From Elusimicrobiota bacterium (GTDB lineage: Bacteria; Elusimicrobiota; Elusimicrobia; UBA1565), in the NCBI GenBank assembly GCA_041650695.1, contig JBAZKS010000008.1:6080-70079 (forward strand): 64,000 bases of DNA, read 5' to 3'. The position numbers and the translations under genes were made by a program. Below the pieces are notes generated by a model, which searched no databases, had not been told where the DNA came from, and saw nothing but the letters and a program-made list of their open reading frames with translations. Below, one piece after another: positions 1 to 9,297 of the stretch (positions are counted from its first letter, which is position 1; each line of letters begins with the position of its first letter).

Positions 1-91
1 CGAGCTCGGGCGTCAGCCTCTCGGGCTCGCCCCCCGCGAGCATCCTGTCCAGCTCGGCGTTGAACCGCTCCGCCTCAGCTCTTTCTTCCAT
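1..91 (-). CDS. Partial CDS running off the window start; possible anti-sigma factor downstream of the ECF sigma gene (N-terminus only)
   Basis: On the minus strand an ATG at 91..89 is preceded by GGAGAGGAAG (SD, ~7-nt spacer). It opens a frame reading MEERAEAERFNAELDRMLAGGEPERLTPEL... to the window edge, overlapping the 3' end of the sigma gene by 17 nt. It is not in the ORF track because it is truncated. Confidence 0.3.
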   Translation of the reverse strand, partial: MEERAEAERFNAELDRMLAGGEPERLTPEL

Positions 92-629
92 GGCTCTTCC
101 TCTCCATCTCGCCGCGCAGCCGCTTCACGGACCTGAACACGATGACGCCCACGTTGCTCTCGCTCAAGCCCGTCTGCGCCGCGATCCCGCGGTTCGTCAT
201 CTTCCAGGCGAACTTCATGGCCAGGACGTCCCGCTCCCGCTCGTTGAGACAGGCCAAGGCTGAAAGGAGCTCCGCGTCGGACTCCTTCCGGCTGAGCAGC
301 GTTTCGGGCGTGTCCCCCTCCGCCGGGGACCCCTCCGCCCACGGCAGCCACGCCCACAGCCTGCGCCTTCTGAAATGGTCGTTGACCGTGTTGCGGGCCA
401 CGGCGAAGATCCACGCCTCGATAGGCCCTTTCTCAGCCCTATAGCTCTCGAACTTATCCAGGGCCTTCTCGAAGACCGCGCTGGTCACGTCCTCGGCCGC
501 AGCCGGGTCGGACACCCGGTAGCGGATATAGTTGTATATCCTCCCGAAGAAAGCGTCGTAGAAAGCGGCAAAATCGGGCTGGCGAGCCAAAGCAATTGAA
601 TCTACCAAAGCTTCCAGCTCTAGCGCCAT
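75..629 (-). CDS. RNA polymerase sigma-70 factor, ECF subfamily
   Basis: 184 aa. Region 2 (DPAAAEDVTSAVFEKALDKFESY) and region 4 HTH (LNERERDVLAMKFAWKMTNRGIAAQTGLSESNVGVIVFRSVKRLR) are present. An AAGAGGA SD lies 4 nt before the ATG at 629. Confidence 0.85.
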   Translation of the reverse strand: MALELEALVDSIALARQPDFAAFYDAFFGRIYNYIRYRVSDPAAAEDVTSAVFEKALDKFESYRAEKGPIEAWIFAVARNTVNDHFRRRRLWAWLPWAEGSPAEGDTPETLLSRKESDAELLSALACLNERERDVLAMKFAWKMTNRGIAAQTGLSESNVGVIVFRSVKRLRGEMERKSHGRKS

Positions 630-1801
630 GCGTTCCTCTTCGCCGCCTCCAGCGCACGTTTGCGAAAGCCTGCAGCCAAGTCCGCCCTGCCGCGCGCCTT
701 GTAGAGCTCGGAAAGCTTCATGAGCGTGACCGGGATATCCTTCTCCTCGGCGCCCGGAGCCTCGGCATGCCGGGACAAAGCGGTCACATAGAAGGCCTCG
801 GCCTTGTCGTATTTCCCGGCGAGCTTGTAGTGGTCGGCGACGGAGAGGTACTCCCTGACCAGGGCGTTGTGGTTGTAGCCCACCAGGCGCTCGTACGCGG
901 GCAGGAGCCTGGAGTAGAGCGCTTCCGCGTCGTCGGCGCGTCCCCTGCGGGCCTGGAGCGCGGCCAAGCGCAGGTTCGCCTCCACCAGGTTCCGCTCGTT
1001 CGCCTCGGGATAGCGCTTGTAGATGCCGATGGCGCGCAGCAGGCTCCCCTCAGCCTCGTCGAGCCTGCCTCTCCCTAGGAGGACCGAGCCCTCCGTGACC
1101 AGGACGGGGGCGAGCTCGGGAGGATACTCCCCCGCGAGCCGGGTCAGGCCGAGGGCGCGGTCCGCCTGGTCCTGCGCGCGCTCCAGGTCGTCCTGCTGCA
1201 GCAGCCGCTCCGCCATGTTCGCCGCGATCATGGATTGGACCCCGGGGTCCGGCTCGGGGATCCTCTCGTTGATGGCCTGCGCCCGGCGCAGCAGGTGCTC
1301 CGCCTCTTCGTAGCGGCCCCACTTGATCTCCAGCGCCCCCAGCCTGGCGTAGGCTGCGGCCACGGGGGAGCTGATCTCGTCGTAGACCGCCTGCAGCGCC
1401 TTGAGCCCCTTGAGCTCGAGCTCCTGGGCCTCGTCGTAGCGTCCCTGCAGGGCGCGCAGCTCGGCCAGGTCGAACACGAAGCGCGCCAGCTTCGGGTCCT
1501 TGGAGCCGAGCTCCTCCTGGGCCAAGGCCACGGCGCGCTTCAGGAGACCCTCCGCCTGATCGAATTCCCCTTTCCTGAGCCGCAGCGTGCCGAGGAGGTC
1601 CAGGGTGTAGGCTGTCCGGATATCCTTGGGCCCGAACAGCTGCTCGGCCAAGACCAAAGACTGCGTGGCCGGACCGAGGGCTTCGGAATAGAGCCCCTGC
1701 CGGGAGAGGTCGATGGCTATGCCGGAAAGCTCCTGCCAGCGGGCTTCCTTCGTATGGCAGGAGCAGAGCAGAAGGGCGAGCAGGACGGGTCGTATCTTCA
1801 T
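620..1801 (-). CDS. Secreted TPR-repeat protein, co-transcribed immediately upstream of the ECF sigma gene
   Basis: Signal peptide MKIRPVLLALLLCSC followed by multiple TPR-like repeats (YSEALGPATQSL..., YDEAQELELKGLKA..., GKYDKAEAFYVTAL). A GGAGG SD lies before the second ATG (1801); the first ATG at 1813 has none. The 3' end overlaps the sigma start by 10 nt. Confidence 0.65.
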   Translation of the reverse strand: MKIRPVLLALLLCSCHTKEARWQELSGIAIDLSRQGLYSEALGPATQSLVLAEQLFGPKDIRTAYTLDLLGTLRLRKGEFDQAEGLLKRAVALAQEELGSKDPKLARFVFDLAELRALQGRYDEAQELELKGLKALQAVYDEISSPVAAAYARLGALEIKWGRYEEAEHLLRRAQAINERIPEPDPGVQSMIAANMAERLLQQDDLERAQDQADRALGLTRLAGEYPPELAPVLVTEGSVLLGRGRLDEAEGSLLRAIGIYKRYPEANERNLVEANLRLAALQARRGRADDAEALYSRLLPAYERLVGYNHNALVREYLSVADHYKLAGKYDKAEAFYVTALSRHAEAPGAEEKDIPVTLMKLSELYKARGRADLAAGFRKRALEAAKRNAWR

Positions 1802-1849
1802 GCCGGCCTCCATCTACCAATACGCAGGAGGCCGGAAAGTATTACACCC

Positions 1850-2437
1850 CTACTTCTTCCCGCTCCTCCTCGTCATGCACACGATCTCGTGGATCTTGAC
1901 GCTGAAGAACTCGGCCGAGCAGGCCGGGGTCAGCACGATGGCCGTGTCCGCGCCCTCGCCGGTCCCGCCCAAAGCCATGACCTCTTCCCCATGAGGGAGC
2001 ATGCCCTGGTCCGCGGCCATGAGCGCGACCTCCACAGCCACCTTGAACCCCTGCCCGAGGGTGTAATACGTCTGCGCTATGAGCTTGTTCGGGGTGAGGG
2101 TGAGGAACTTATCGCTGATGGCCGTGTTGATCCCGCCCATGGCGTGGCCGCTTCGGATGAAGTCCGCGCCCAGGCCCTCGGCCTGGTGAGCCATGTCCGG
2201 GTCGAGCCTGCCCCACTTCCTGGCGTAGTTCTCGGCGTACGCCACGCCGATGACCTTGGCCTCGCTGCGGAGCTTGCGCAGCTCCCTGGCCAGTCCCAGC
2301 GCGGTGCGGCCGCTCGTCGTGGCCACCACGACGTGCTCAAGCTCCAGCTCGTGCGCTCTTTCCGCGGCCGCGGCCAGGCAATGGCCGCTCTCCGCTTTCC
2401 CGACCTTGTCGAGGTAGAGGATGGTCTTTTTCTTCAT
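1850..2437 (-). CDS. Pyruvate kinase alpha/beta (PK_C-like) domain protein
   Basis: 195 aa. HVVVATTSGRTALGLARELRKLRSEAKVIGVAY resembles the pyruvate kinase C-terminal alpha/beta domain signature. It is the last gene of the long minus-strand string. Confidence 0.45.
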   Translation of the reverse strand: MKKKTILYLDKVGKAESGHCLAAAAERAHELELEHVVVATTSGRTALGLARELRKLRSEAKVIGVAYAENYARKWGRLDPDMAHQAEGLGADFIRSGHAMGGINTAISDKFLTLTPNKLIAQTYYTLGQGFKVAVEVALMAADQGMLPHGEEVMALGGTGEGADTAIVLTPACSAEFFSVKIHEIVCMTRRSGKK

Positions 2438-2443
2438 AATGGC

Positions 2444-4338
2444 TCAGAACCCCCTGAAATCGGGCATATACTGCCTGTGCCAGAGCTCCAGCATGAGCAG
2501 GGCCCACATCCTGTAGCCGTGGTCCCGCCTGCCGCTCTGATGTTCGTCGAAGATCTCCTGCAGGGCGGCCTTCTCGAAATATCCGCGGGCCAAAGCCTCC
2601 GGGGAGAGCACGTGCTCGCGCCAATAATCCTTGAGCTGGCCCCTGAACCAAGGGCCCAGTGGGATGCCGAAGCCCATCTTGCCCCGTTTTTGTATCGCCT
2701 TGGGGAGCTTGTCCGCGAACGCGCGCTTGAGTATCCACTTATGCCTGCTCAGGCCTTTGAGCTTCCAATCCCCGGGGAAATTGAAGACCAGCTCCATGAA
2801 CTCGTGATCCAGGAAGGGAGAGCGCCCCTCCAGGGAGTTGGCCATGGTCGCGATGTCCATCTTGACCATGAGGTCTTCCGGAAGGTAGGTCGTCATATCC
2901 GCGAAGAGCATGCGGTTGACGAAATCCTCGCCCTTGCCGCGCTCGAACGCGGCCGCGAGATAACGCTCCGCGGCGGGCTCCTTGCCCAGGGCCGCGAGCA
3001 TGCGCGGAGTGTAGAGCCCCTTCTTGTCCTCTTCCGAGAAGAAGCAGACCATCTTCAGGTGCCGCCGCGCCAGGTCCGTGAACACGGCCGAGCGCAGAAA
3101 GCGTTTGAGCTTCCAGGGGAAGCTCACCGGAGCCGACTTGTCCGGCAGGAACTCGGCCATGTTCCTCAGGCCCGCCCGCACCGGGCCCGGTGCCAGATCG
3201 AAAAGACGGGCCGCCTTCATGGCGAAGTACCGGACGTAGCCCGCGAAGTTCTCATCCCCGCCGTCGCCGTTGAGCGCCACGGTGACGTGCCGCCGCGTCT
3301 CGCGCGCTACATAATAGGAAGGCAGGGCGCTCGCGTCCGCGTACGGCTCCCCGTAGTGCCAGGCGAGCTTGGGAAGGACGTCCGCCATGTCCGCGGTCAC
3401 GATGAGCTCTTGGTGGTCCGTGCCGCAGGCCTCGGCCACCTCCCGGGCGTAGGGCAATTCGGAGAACGCCTCCTCCTTGAACCCGATGGAGAAGGTCTTG
3501 ACCGGTTTGTCCGAGAGCTCGCTCATCAAGGCCACGATGATGGAGGAGTCCACCCCGCCGGAAAGGAACGCGCCCAGGGGCACCTCCGAGATCATGCGCA
3601 GCTTCACGCATTCCCGGAGCTTATCCCGGATCATGGCGCAGGCCTCGTCCAGGTCGCGGGTGACGGGCGGTTCGCCGAGAGGGAGCTGCCAATAACGCTC
3701 GACCGATGCCTTCCCATTCTCCCAGACCAGGGTGTGGCCGGGCGGAAGCTTCCGGACGTGCTTGTAGATGGTCTTCGGGCTGGGGATGTACTGCAGGGAG
3801 AGGAAAAGGTCCACCGCGACGGGGTCCACCTCTCGGCGCACCCCGGGCCATACGAGCAGGCTGCGCAGCTCGGAGGCGAAGGCCAAAAATCCCGGGCCTT
3901 CGGCGTAGACCAGGGGCTTCTTCCCGATCCGGTCGCGGGCCAGGAAGAGCCGCCCCTTCGCCTGGTCCCATACGGCGAAGGCGAACATGCCGCGAAGCCT
4001 CCGCACGCAGGCGGCCCCGAACTTCATGTACAGCGCCAGGATGACCTCCGTGTCCGAGCGCGTCTTGAAGGGATAGCCGTCCTTCTCCAACTCGGACCGG
4101 AGCTCCTGGAAATTGTAGATCTCGCCGTTGAACACGATGTGCGTCCGGCCGTCCGGGCTCGCGATGGGCTGATGCCCGGTCGCGAGGTCGATGATGGACA
4201 GGCGCCGCATGGCCAGGCCGGCGTGGGCATCCGCGTGGAAGCCCTCGTCGTCCGGGCCGCGATGGGTGATGAGCGAGTTCGCCCGCTTGAGAAGCTCGAG
4301 GTCGAGGCGCCCCGCCTCGCTATGGACTATCCCGCAGA
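2444..4338 (-). CDS. asnB: Asparagine synthase (glutamine-hydrolysing) family amidotransferase, AsnB/WbpS-like
   Basis: The C-terminal synthetase domain has the PP-loop SGGVDSS, and the N-terminus has the class-II glutamine amidotransferase domain. The ORF track starts at MRRL (4210), but the frame stays open upstream and encodes ICGICGIVHSEAGRLD..., i.e. the catalytic Cys. There is no ATG/GTG/TTG before the in-frame stop at 4359..4357; the probable start is ATC at 4338..4336 with AGGAGGG 3-4 nt upstream. Confidence 0.8.
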
Positions 4339-5466
4339 TGCCGCAGATATGCCCTCCTGATAGATCTTAACGTATTCCTCAGCCACCTTCTCGAGCGAGA
4401 ACCTGGCGACCGCCGCTTCACGGGCGGCCCGGCCCAGCCTCGCCGCCAGCTCCGGCGCCGAAAGCACGGAGTCCAGCTTCTTGGCCAGCTCCTCCTCGTC
4501 CGCGGGGGCGAACAGGAGACCGGACACGCCCTCCTCCACCGCCTCCCGCGTTCCCCCTACCCGGCTCGCGAGCACGGCCAAACCGCTCGCCATGGCTTCC
4601 AGCAGGGCGTTGGAGAGCCCCTCGGAGATGGAGGGGAGCACGAACACGTCGGCCGCGGCGTAGTACTCCTCGATCTTGTCCGTGGGAGGCCGCAGGAGCA
4701 AGGGAAGGTCCCGCAGAGCGGCTTCTTCCGGCCCGGCACCGACGATGACAAGGCTGGCCCTGGCCCCGCTCCGGATCAAGGCTTGAGCGAACGATTTCGC
4801 GAACCGAGGGAGCCTCTTCTCGGGAGCGAGCCTGCCCACGTAGAGGAAGCAAAGCCCGGCGGGGATGCACAGCTTCCTCCGGAGGGCGTCCTTCCGCTCC
4901 GGCGGAACGGGCTGATAGCGGCGCACATCCACCCCGTTGGGCACCACCCTCGCCCCTTTCGCCAGGCCGAAGCGCTCCAACTCGGGGAGGAGCTCCCGCG
5001 TCACGGCGACGAGCACCGGCCTGAAGAACCGCAGCAAAGCCAGCTTGAGCCTTCCCGGCAGGGTCCGGCCCGAGACCGCCAGCTCGCCGATGCCGGCCCC
5101 GCCCCCCACCTTCACGATCACGCGTTTGTCGAGGAGCCGGCCCGCGACGCAGGCGGCCAGGGCCGGCGAGCCGGCCAGATGGACGTGGATGGCGCCGTAG
5201 TCCGCCGCGCGCCGCAGAAGCCAGAGCGCGCTCGAGGTCATGAAGGAAAGGGCGTTGAAGACCCCCCGGCCGCCGGCCCGGACCCGATGGACCGGGAGTC
5301 CGGCCACCGTGTCCTCGGCCGGGAGCCCGGGCAGGCTCCGGGTGAGCACGTGGACGCTCCACCCTTTCGCGGCCAGGGCCTTGGAGAGCTCCAGGGCCTG
5401 CTTCTCGGCCCCGCCCACGACGGGATGAAAGCCCGGGGTGAGCATCACCACGCCGGTTAGGCTCAT
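4327..5466 (-). CDS. Glycosyltransferase family 4 (GT-B, RfaG/WcaL-like)
   Basis: 379-aa C-terminal part of the 706-aa track ORF. MSLTGVVMLTPGFHPVVGGAEKQALELSKALAAKGWSVHVLT is a typical GT4 N-terminus, and EX7E-like ...SISEGLSNALLEAMASGLAVLASRVGGTREAV lies in the C-domain. The ATG at 5466 overlaps the upstream stop (ATGA). The first 327 aa of the track ORF are antisense to the methyltransferase gene. Confidence 0.8.
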   Translation of the reverse strand: MSLTGVVMLTPGFHPVVGGAEKQALELSKALAAKGWSVHVLTRSLPGLPAEDTVAGLPVHRVRAGGRGVFNALSFMTSSALWLLRRAADYGAIHVHLAGSPALAACVAGRLLDKRVIVKVGGGAGIGELAVSGRTLPGRLKLALLRFFRPVLVAVTRELLPELERFGLAKGARVVPNGVDVRRYQPVPPERKDALRRKLCIPAGLCFLYVGRLAPEKRLPRFAKSFAQALIRSGARASLVIVGAGPEEAALRDLPLLLRPPTDKIEEYYAAADVFVLPSISEGLSNALLEAMASGLAVLASRVGGTREAVEEGVSGLLFAPADEEELAKKLDSVLSAPELAARLGRAAREAAVARFSLEKVAEEYVKIYQEGISAASAG

Positions 5467-6485
5467 GAGTCGCGCCGCCTGCCGACCATGCCGACCTTGG
5501 GCACCAGCCCGTGCGGCAGCTGCCGCACCACCTCGCAGCCCGCCTCCGAGAACCAGGCGCGCATCTCCTCCTTGGTGTGCTTGCTCTGGAACGGCGGGGC
5601 CAGCCAATCGAAGTTCTCGATGAGCCGGACCTTGAAGTCCCGCTCCACCGAGAATGTCAGGTACTTGAGGAGCGGGAAGGCCCCGAGGAAGGCCAGGGGA
5701 TGGCACAGGAGGTAGAGCAGGCCCACGGGCAGGCGCGTGGTGAGCAGGCGAAGCCCGTCGCTCAGGAGCTGCCGCGTCCATACCACGGCCCAGGCGAGGC
5801 GCAGGTGGCGCCGGACCCAGTCTCTCCCCGCGCGCACGGGATTGCTGGAGAAGCTCTCGAAGGAGCCGGGGGTCCCGTAGACCCATACCGTGATGATCCC
5901 GTCGCGCCGGGTCAGCGCCGCGATCTGCCCGAACGCGGCTTTGGCGTCCGGGGTGTGATGGATCACCCCCTGGCTGTAGACGATGTCGAACACGCCGCGC
6001 TTGAACGGCGGGTGCAGCAGGTCGCCCTGCACCACGTGCAGGCTCCCCGTCTCCCGGCTCACGGGGACGAGCCGCCGGAGACTCTCGGACAGATCGAAGG
6101 ACACGACCTCGGCTCCCAGGGAGAGCGCGACCGCGGTGTAGCGGCCCATGCCGCAGCCGGCGTCCAGCACGAAGCGGCCGGCCCAGTCCCCCTCCGGGAT
6201 CTGGGTCTCCTCCAGGAATATCGCCTTGTCCTGGGGACGCCCCCCGGGGTAGCGCAGCCATTCGTAGCCGAAGGAATCCCGCGTCCGCAGCATGCGGCCG
6301 TCCCCCGTCCGCGCGAAGAACCTGGGGATCGACTCCTCGATGGGATACTCCTGGGAGCAGACCTTGCAGCGCAGGCCGCCGCTCTCGATCTCGACATCCT
6401 CCCGCGGATAATCGTCGAGGGTCGCGAACTCCAATTCCCCGCGGCATGCCGGGCAGGCCAACCGCTTGAGAAGATGCAGCTTCAT
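5463..6485 (-). CDS. Class I SAM-dependent methyltransferase with N-terminal Trm112-like zinc ribbon
   Basis: CPACRG...CKVC ribbon, then SAM motif I VLDAGCGMGRY and motif II-like DIVYSQGVIHH. Confidence 0.7.
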   Translation of the reverse strand: MKLHLLKRLACPACRGELEFATLDDYPREDVEIESGGLRCKVCSQEYPIEESIPRFFARTGDGRMLRTRDSFGYEWLRYPGGRPQDKAIFLEETQIPEGDWAGRFVLDAGCGMGRYTAVALSLGAEVVSFDLSESLRRLVPVSRETGSLHVVQGDLLHPPFKRGVFDIVYSQGVIHHTPDAKAAFGQIAALTRRDGIITVWVYGTPGSFESFSSNPVRAGRDWVRRHLRLAWAVVWTRQLLSDGLRLLTTRLPVGLLYLLCHPLAFLGAFPLLKYLTFSVERDFKVRLIENFDWLAPPFQSKHTKEEMRAWFSEAGCEVVRQLPHGLVPKVGMVGRRRDS

Positions 6486-7480
6486 GGACGTCCTCCCGCC
6501 GCCGGGGCCTCGGTCAAGGCCCGCCGCAGGCTCTCGAAGGTGTGCCCGAGCTTGTAGAGGAAAAGGACTCCCAAGAGGGTCACGATCGCATACCCCAACA
6601 GATGCGAGACCATCGCGTAGCTCACCGCGAGAGCCCTATCGTAGCCGAAGCGCTCGAGGATGAAGCGCACCGAAGCCTCGAAATTTCCGAACGCTCCCGG
6701 CACGGTCGGGAGCATGGTCCCGGCCGCGGCCGTGCAGAGCACCAAGATCGCGCGGCCCAGGCCGAGGCCGGGCTCGAACCCCATGGAGGCGGCGATGGCG
6801 GAGCAGTACGCCGCGTCCCAGATCCAAAGGGCGAGGCTCCAGAACCCCACCTGAAAGCACACGCTCCAGGAGCGCAGGGCGCGGGTCCCGCACACCAGCT
6901 CGCCGGCCATGCGGCCGACGGAAGGCAGGCCCCGCAGCCGCGCGGCCGCCCGCGCCAGCCGCTCTCCGCCCGCGGCCGCGGTTCCGAGCGCGGCCAGGAT
7001 GAGCAGGGTCAAGCCGGCGGCCAAGGCCCGCAGCCGCGGCTCGACCAAGTCCGGCATGAAGGACGCCCCGACGACGAACAGCAGGAGGATCGCGGCCATG
7101 TCGCAGAGGCGCTCCACCACGATGGTGGCCAGCACGCTCATGACCGGGACCTCGAATTCCTGCGCGGCCACCAAGCTCCGCGCCACCTCGCCCAGCCTCA
7201 GGAACAGCACGTTGTTGACGGCCAGGCCGATGGCCTCCAGCTGGGTCAGGGTCCAGACCCCGGCCCGGGTCATCGGCGCCAGGAGCAGACTCCACCGGAG
7301 CGCCCGGATGAGCAAATCGATGAGCGGGAACACCAGGAGCACGGGAAGCCAGGCCGGACGGAAATCCGAGAGGGAGTCCAGCACCTCTCTCGGCCGGATG
7401 TCCTTGAACGCGTAGAAGAGGAGCGCCCCGCCCACGACCAACGCCAGGCCCATCCCGGCGGAGCGCTTCAGCCGCTTCAT
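6482..7480 (-). CDS. Polytopic membrane protein, flippase-like / lysylphosphatidylglycerol-synthase-TM-domain (UPF0104) family
   Basis: 332 aa with about 8 predicted TM segments. The composition and hydropathy pattern are typical of the UPF0104 flippase-like family, which is often found in glycan loci. Confidence 0.5.
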   Translation of the reverse strand: MKRLKRSAGMGLALVVGGALLFYAFKDIRPREVLDSLSDFRPAWLPVLLVFPLIDLLIRALRWSLLLAPMTRAGVWTLTQLEAIGLAVNNVLFLRLGEVARSLVAAQEFEVPVMSVLATIVVERLCDMAAILLLFVVGASFMPDLVEPRLRALAAGLTLLILAALGTAAAGGERLARAAARLRGLPSVGRMAGELVCGTRALRSWSVCFQVGFWSLALWIWDAAYCSAIAASMGFEPGLGLGRAILVLCTAAAGTMLPTVPGAFGNFEASVRFILERFGYDRALAVSYAMVSHLLGYAIVTLLGVLFLYKLGHTFESLRRALTEAPAAGGRP

Positions 7481-9297
7481 ATACGCGCCTCACGCCATAG
7501 CCAGAAGGACCAGGCGACGGCTCCGAAGAGGCACAGCCCGGGCCAGAAGCTCGGGACGAAGGTGAACTCCGCCGTGAACGCATCGGCCGCCGGCACGTCG
7601 ATGCCCATGAGGAGCCCGTCCACGACGCGGATGGGGACCGGCCTGCCGTTGAGCCGGGCCTTCCAGCCCGGGGAAGAGGGCACGGCAAGGACCAGGCCGG
7701 AGCCGGAGGCTCTTCCCTTCACGATCCAGCGCTCGGCCCTGGGCGACTCGACCTCCAACGGCTCGGAGCTCCCCTCCAGGAACGCGAGAGGGCGGGCTCC
7801 CGGCACCGGATATATCACCCCCCCCGCCTTCGTGCGCCGATACGCTCCGCCCAGCTCCGTAAGGCTCAGGGTGTACCCCACTCCCAGCCGGGACATCTCC
7901 CTGGAACGGACGTTGCGGATATGGGTGCGGCTCGGGTCCACGGCCGGCACGGGCGCTTCGGACCGGATGACGTAGCGCGTATAGTTCTCCAGATACGCGG
8001 CGTCATAGCCGTTCACGTTCATGGCCCTGTAGAGCATTGCCTTATTTGGGTTGGCGAGCTCCGGGTCGCTCGCGAACCGCACGAGCTTGCCGCCGAGCGC
8101 TTCGGCGACCACGGGATCCGCCGCGAGCTTGGGCCCGGGCTCCTCCGCGTAGACGTAGCGCGAGGCCGGCATCCCCAGGTCCCCGAGCACGAAGAGGATG
8201 GCGGCCAGCCTCCACGCGGGCTTCGCCTTCCCGTCGACGAGCTTCGCTCCGCAGGCCGCGGCCAGGAACAGGCCCCAGAAGGTCAGCAGCAGGAAGCGGG
8301 CCGGAACCCTGGAGAGCCCCGCCGGGGACAGGTCGAAGCGGCCCAGGGCCAGGACGACCCCGGCGGCCGCGAGGAGCCAGCCGAATGCCGCCTCCCGCCT
8401 GCTGCGGGCCAAAGCCCATAAGGCCAGGACCAAGGGCAGGAGACCCACGTACGCGGTGCACGTCTCGAAGAAGACGGAGGGATCGTCCGGAAAATCCCCG
8501 GTAAGGGGATCCCCGCTGTATCCGGGCCAGAACAGGCTGGCCAAGGCGGCGGGCGGCATGGAATAGGCTCGCAGGAAGACGGCGGGCACCATCTTGCGGT
8601 TGCACAGGGAGAGGAACTCTGCGGTGGGGACCGCCTGGATGAGGGAAAGCGCCGCGGCCCCGGCCGTGCCGACGCACAGCGTCTTGAGCCTCCGCTTGTC
8701 CATCACGGCGTAGGCGGCCATGGCCGCCCAATGGATGAGGGCGAACTGCGGATGCCCGCTCAAGAGCTGCAGCGCGAGCGTGCCGGCCAAAAGCCAGGAC
8801 TTGCCGGACTCCAGGGCCAGCCAGCACCAGGGCAGATACGCCAGCGCGGCCAGGTGCGTGGGGATGCCCTGCGCCAGCCTGAAGGACACGAACGGGGAGA
8901 GGCAAAAGGCCAGGGCCAGGCAGCAGGAGGACGCGGGGGAAAGCCCGCGGGACCGCAGCAGCAGGTGCATGCCCAGGCCCGCCAGCAGCAGGTGCGCGAA
9001 GGCGAACAGGGTGAACGCATGGTTGAGATGGAATATCTGGAAGAACGCTGAAAGAGGATAGAACAGGGCAGCCTGGGAATTCGCCAGAAGGGGGATGCCC
9101 GCGAAGATGTACGGGTTCCAGAACGGGAGCTCCCCGGCCTGGAGCCGGGCGGCGGCTAGATGACGCAAAGGATAATGATAGGCGTAGATGTCCCCGAAGT
9201 TGCCCAGGAGCAGCCCCGGCCCGGCCAGGACTGGCGAGAGGAGGGCCGCCACCGCGCCGGCGATGGCGAGGACAAAAAACAGGTCTCTGGACCTCAT
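7477..9297 (-). CDS. YfhO-family membrane protein (putative GT-C glycosyltransferase), copy 1
   Basis: 606 aa. N-terminal motif GDIYAYHYPLRHLAAARLQAGELPFWNPYIFAGIPLLANSQAALFYP is characteristic of YfhO. It is multi-TM with a C-terminal extracytoplasmic domain. ATGA overlap with the upstream gene. Confidence 0.65.
   Translation of the reverse strand: MRSRDLFFVLAIAGAVAALLSPVLAGPGLLLGNFGDIYAYHYPLRHLAAARLQAGELPFWNPYIFAGIPLLANSQAALFYPLSAFFQIFHLNHAFTLFAFAHLLLAGLGMHLLLRSRGLSPASSCCLALAFCLSPFVSFRLAQGIPTHLAALAYLPWCWLALESGKSWLLAGTLALQLLSGHPQFALIHWAAMAAYAVMDKRRLKTLCVGTAGAAALSLIQAVPTAEFLSLCNRKMVPAVFLRAYSMPPAALASLFWPGYSGDPLTGDFPDDPSVFFETCTAYVGLLPLVLALWALARSRREAAFGWLLAAAGVVLALGRFDLSPAGLSRVPARFLLLTFWGLFLAAACGAKLVDGKAKPAWRLAAILFVLGDLGMPASRYVYAEEPGPKLAADPVVAEALGGKLVRFASDPELANPNKAMLYRAMNVNGYDAAYLENYTRYVIRSEAPVPAVDPSRTHIRNVRSREMSRLGVGYTLSLTELGGAYRRTKAGGVIYPVPGARPLAFLEGSSEPLEVESPRAERWIVKGRASGSGLVLAVPSSPGWKARLNGRPVPIRVVDGLLMGIDVPAADAFTAEFTFVPSFWPGLCLFGAVAWSFWLWREARI

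Noticed and set aside
1235-4360. 1041-aa ORF on the plus strand
   Set aside because: It is entirely antisense to three well-supported minus-strand genes (TPR protein, PK_C-like, AsnB). Its composition is Arg/Gly/Pro/Ala-rich and typical of GC-rich antisense frames, with no recognisable domain.
5467-6447. N-terminal 327 aa of the 706-aa minus-strand ORF 4327..6447
   Set aside because: Only the last 379 aa form a GT4 glycosyltransferase. The upstream part is out of frame but overlapping the methyltransferase gene on the same strand and is low-complexity. The real GT4 start (ATG 5466) overlaps the methyltransferase stop.
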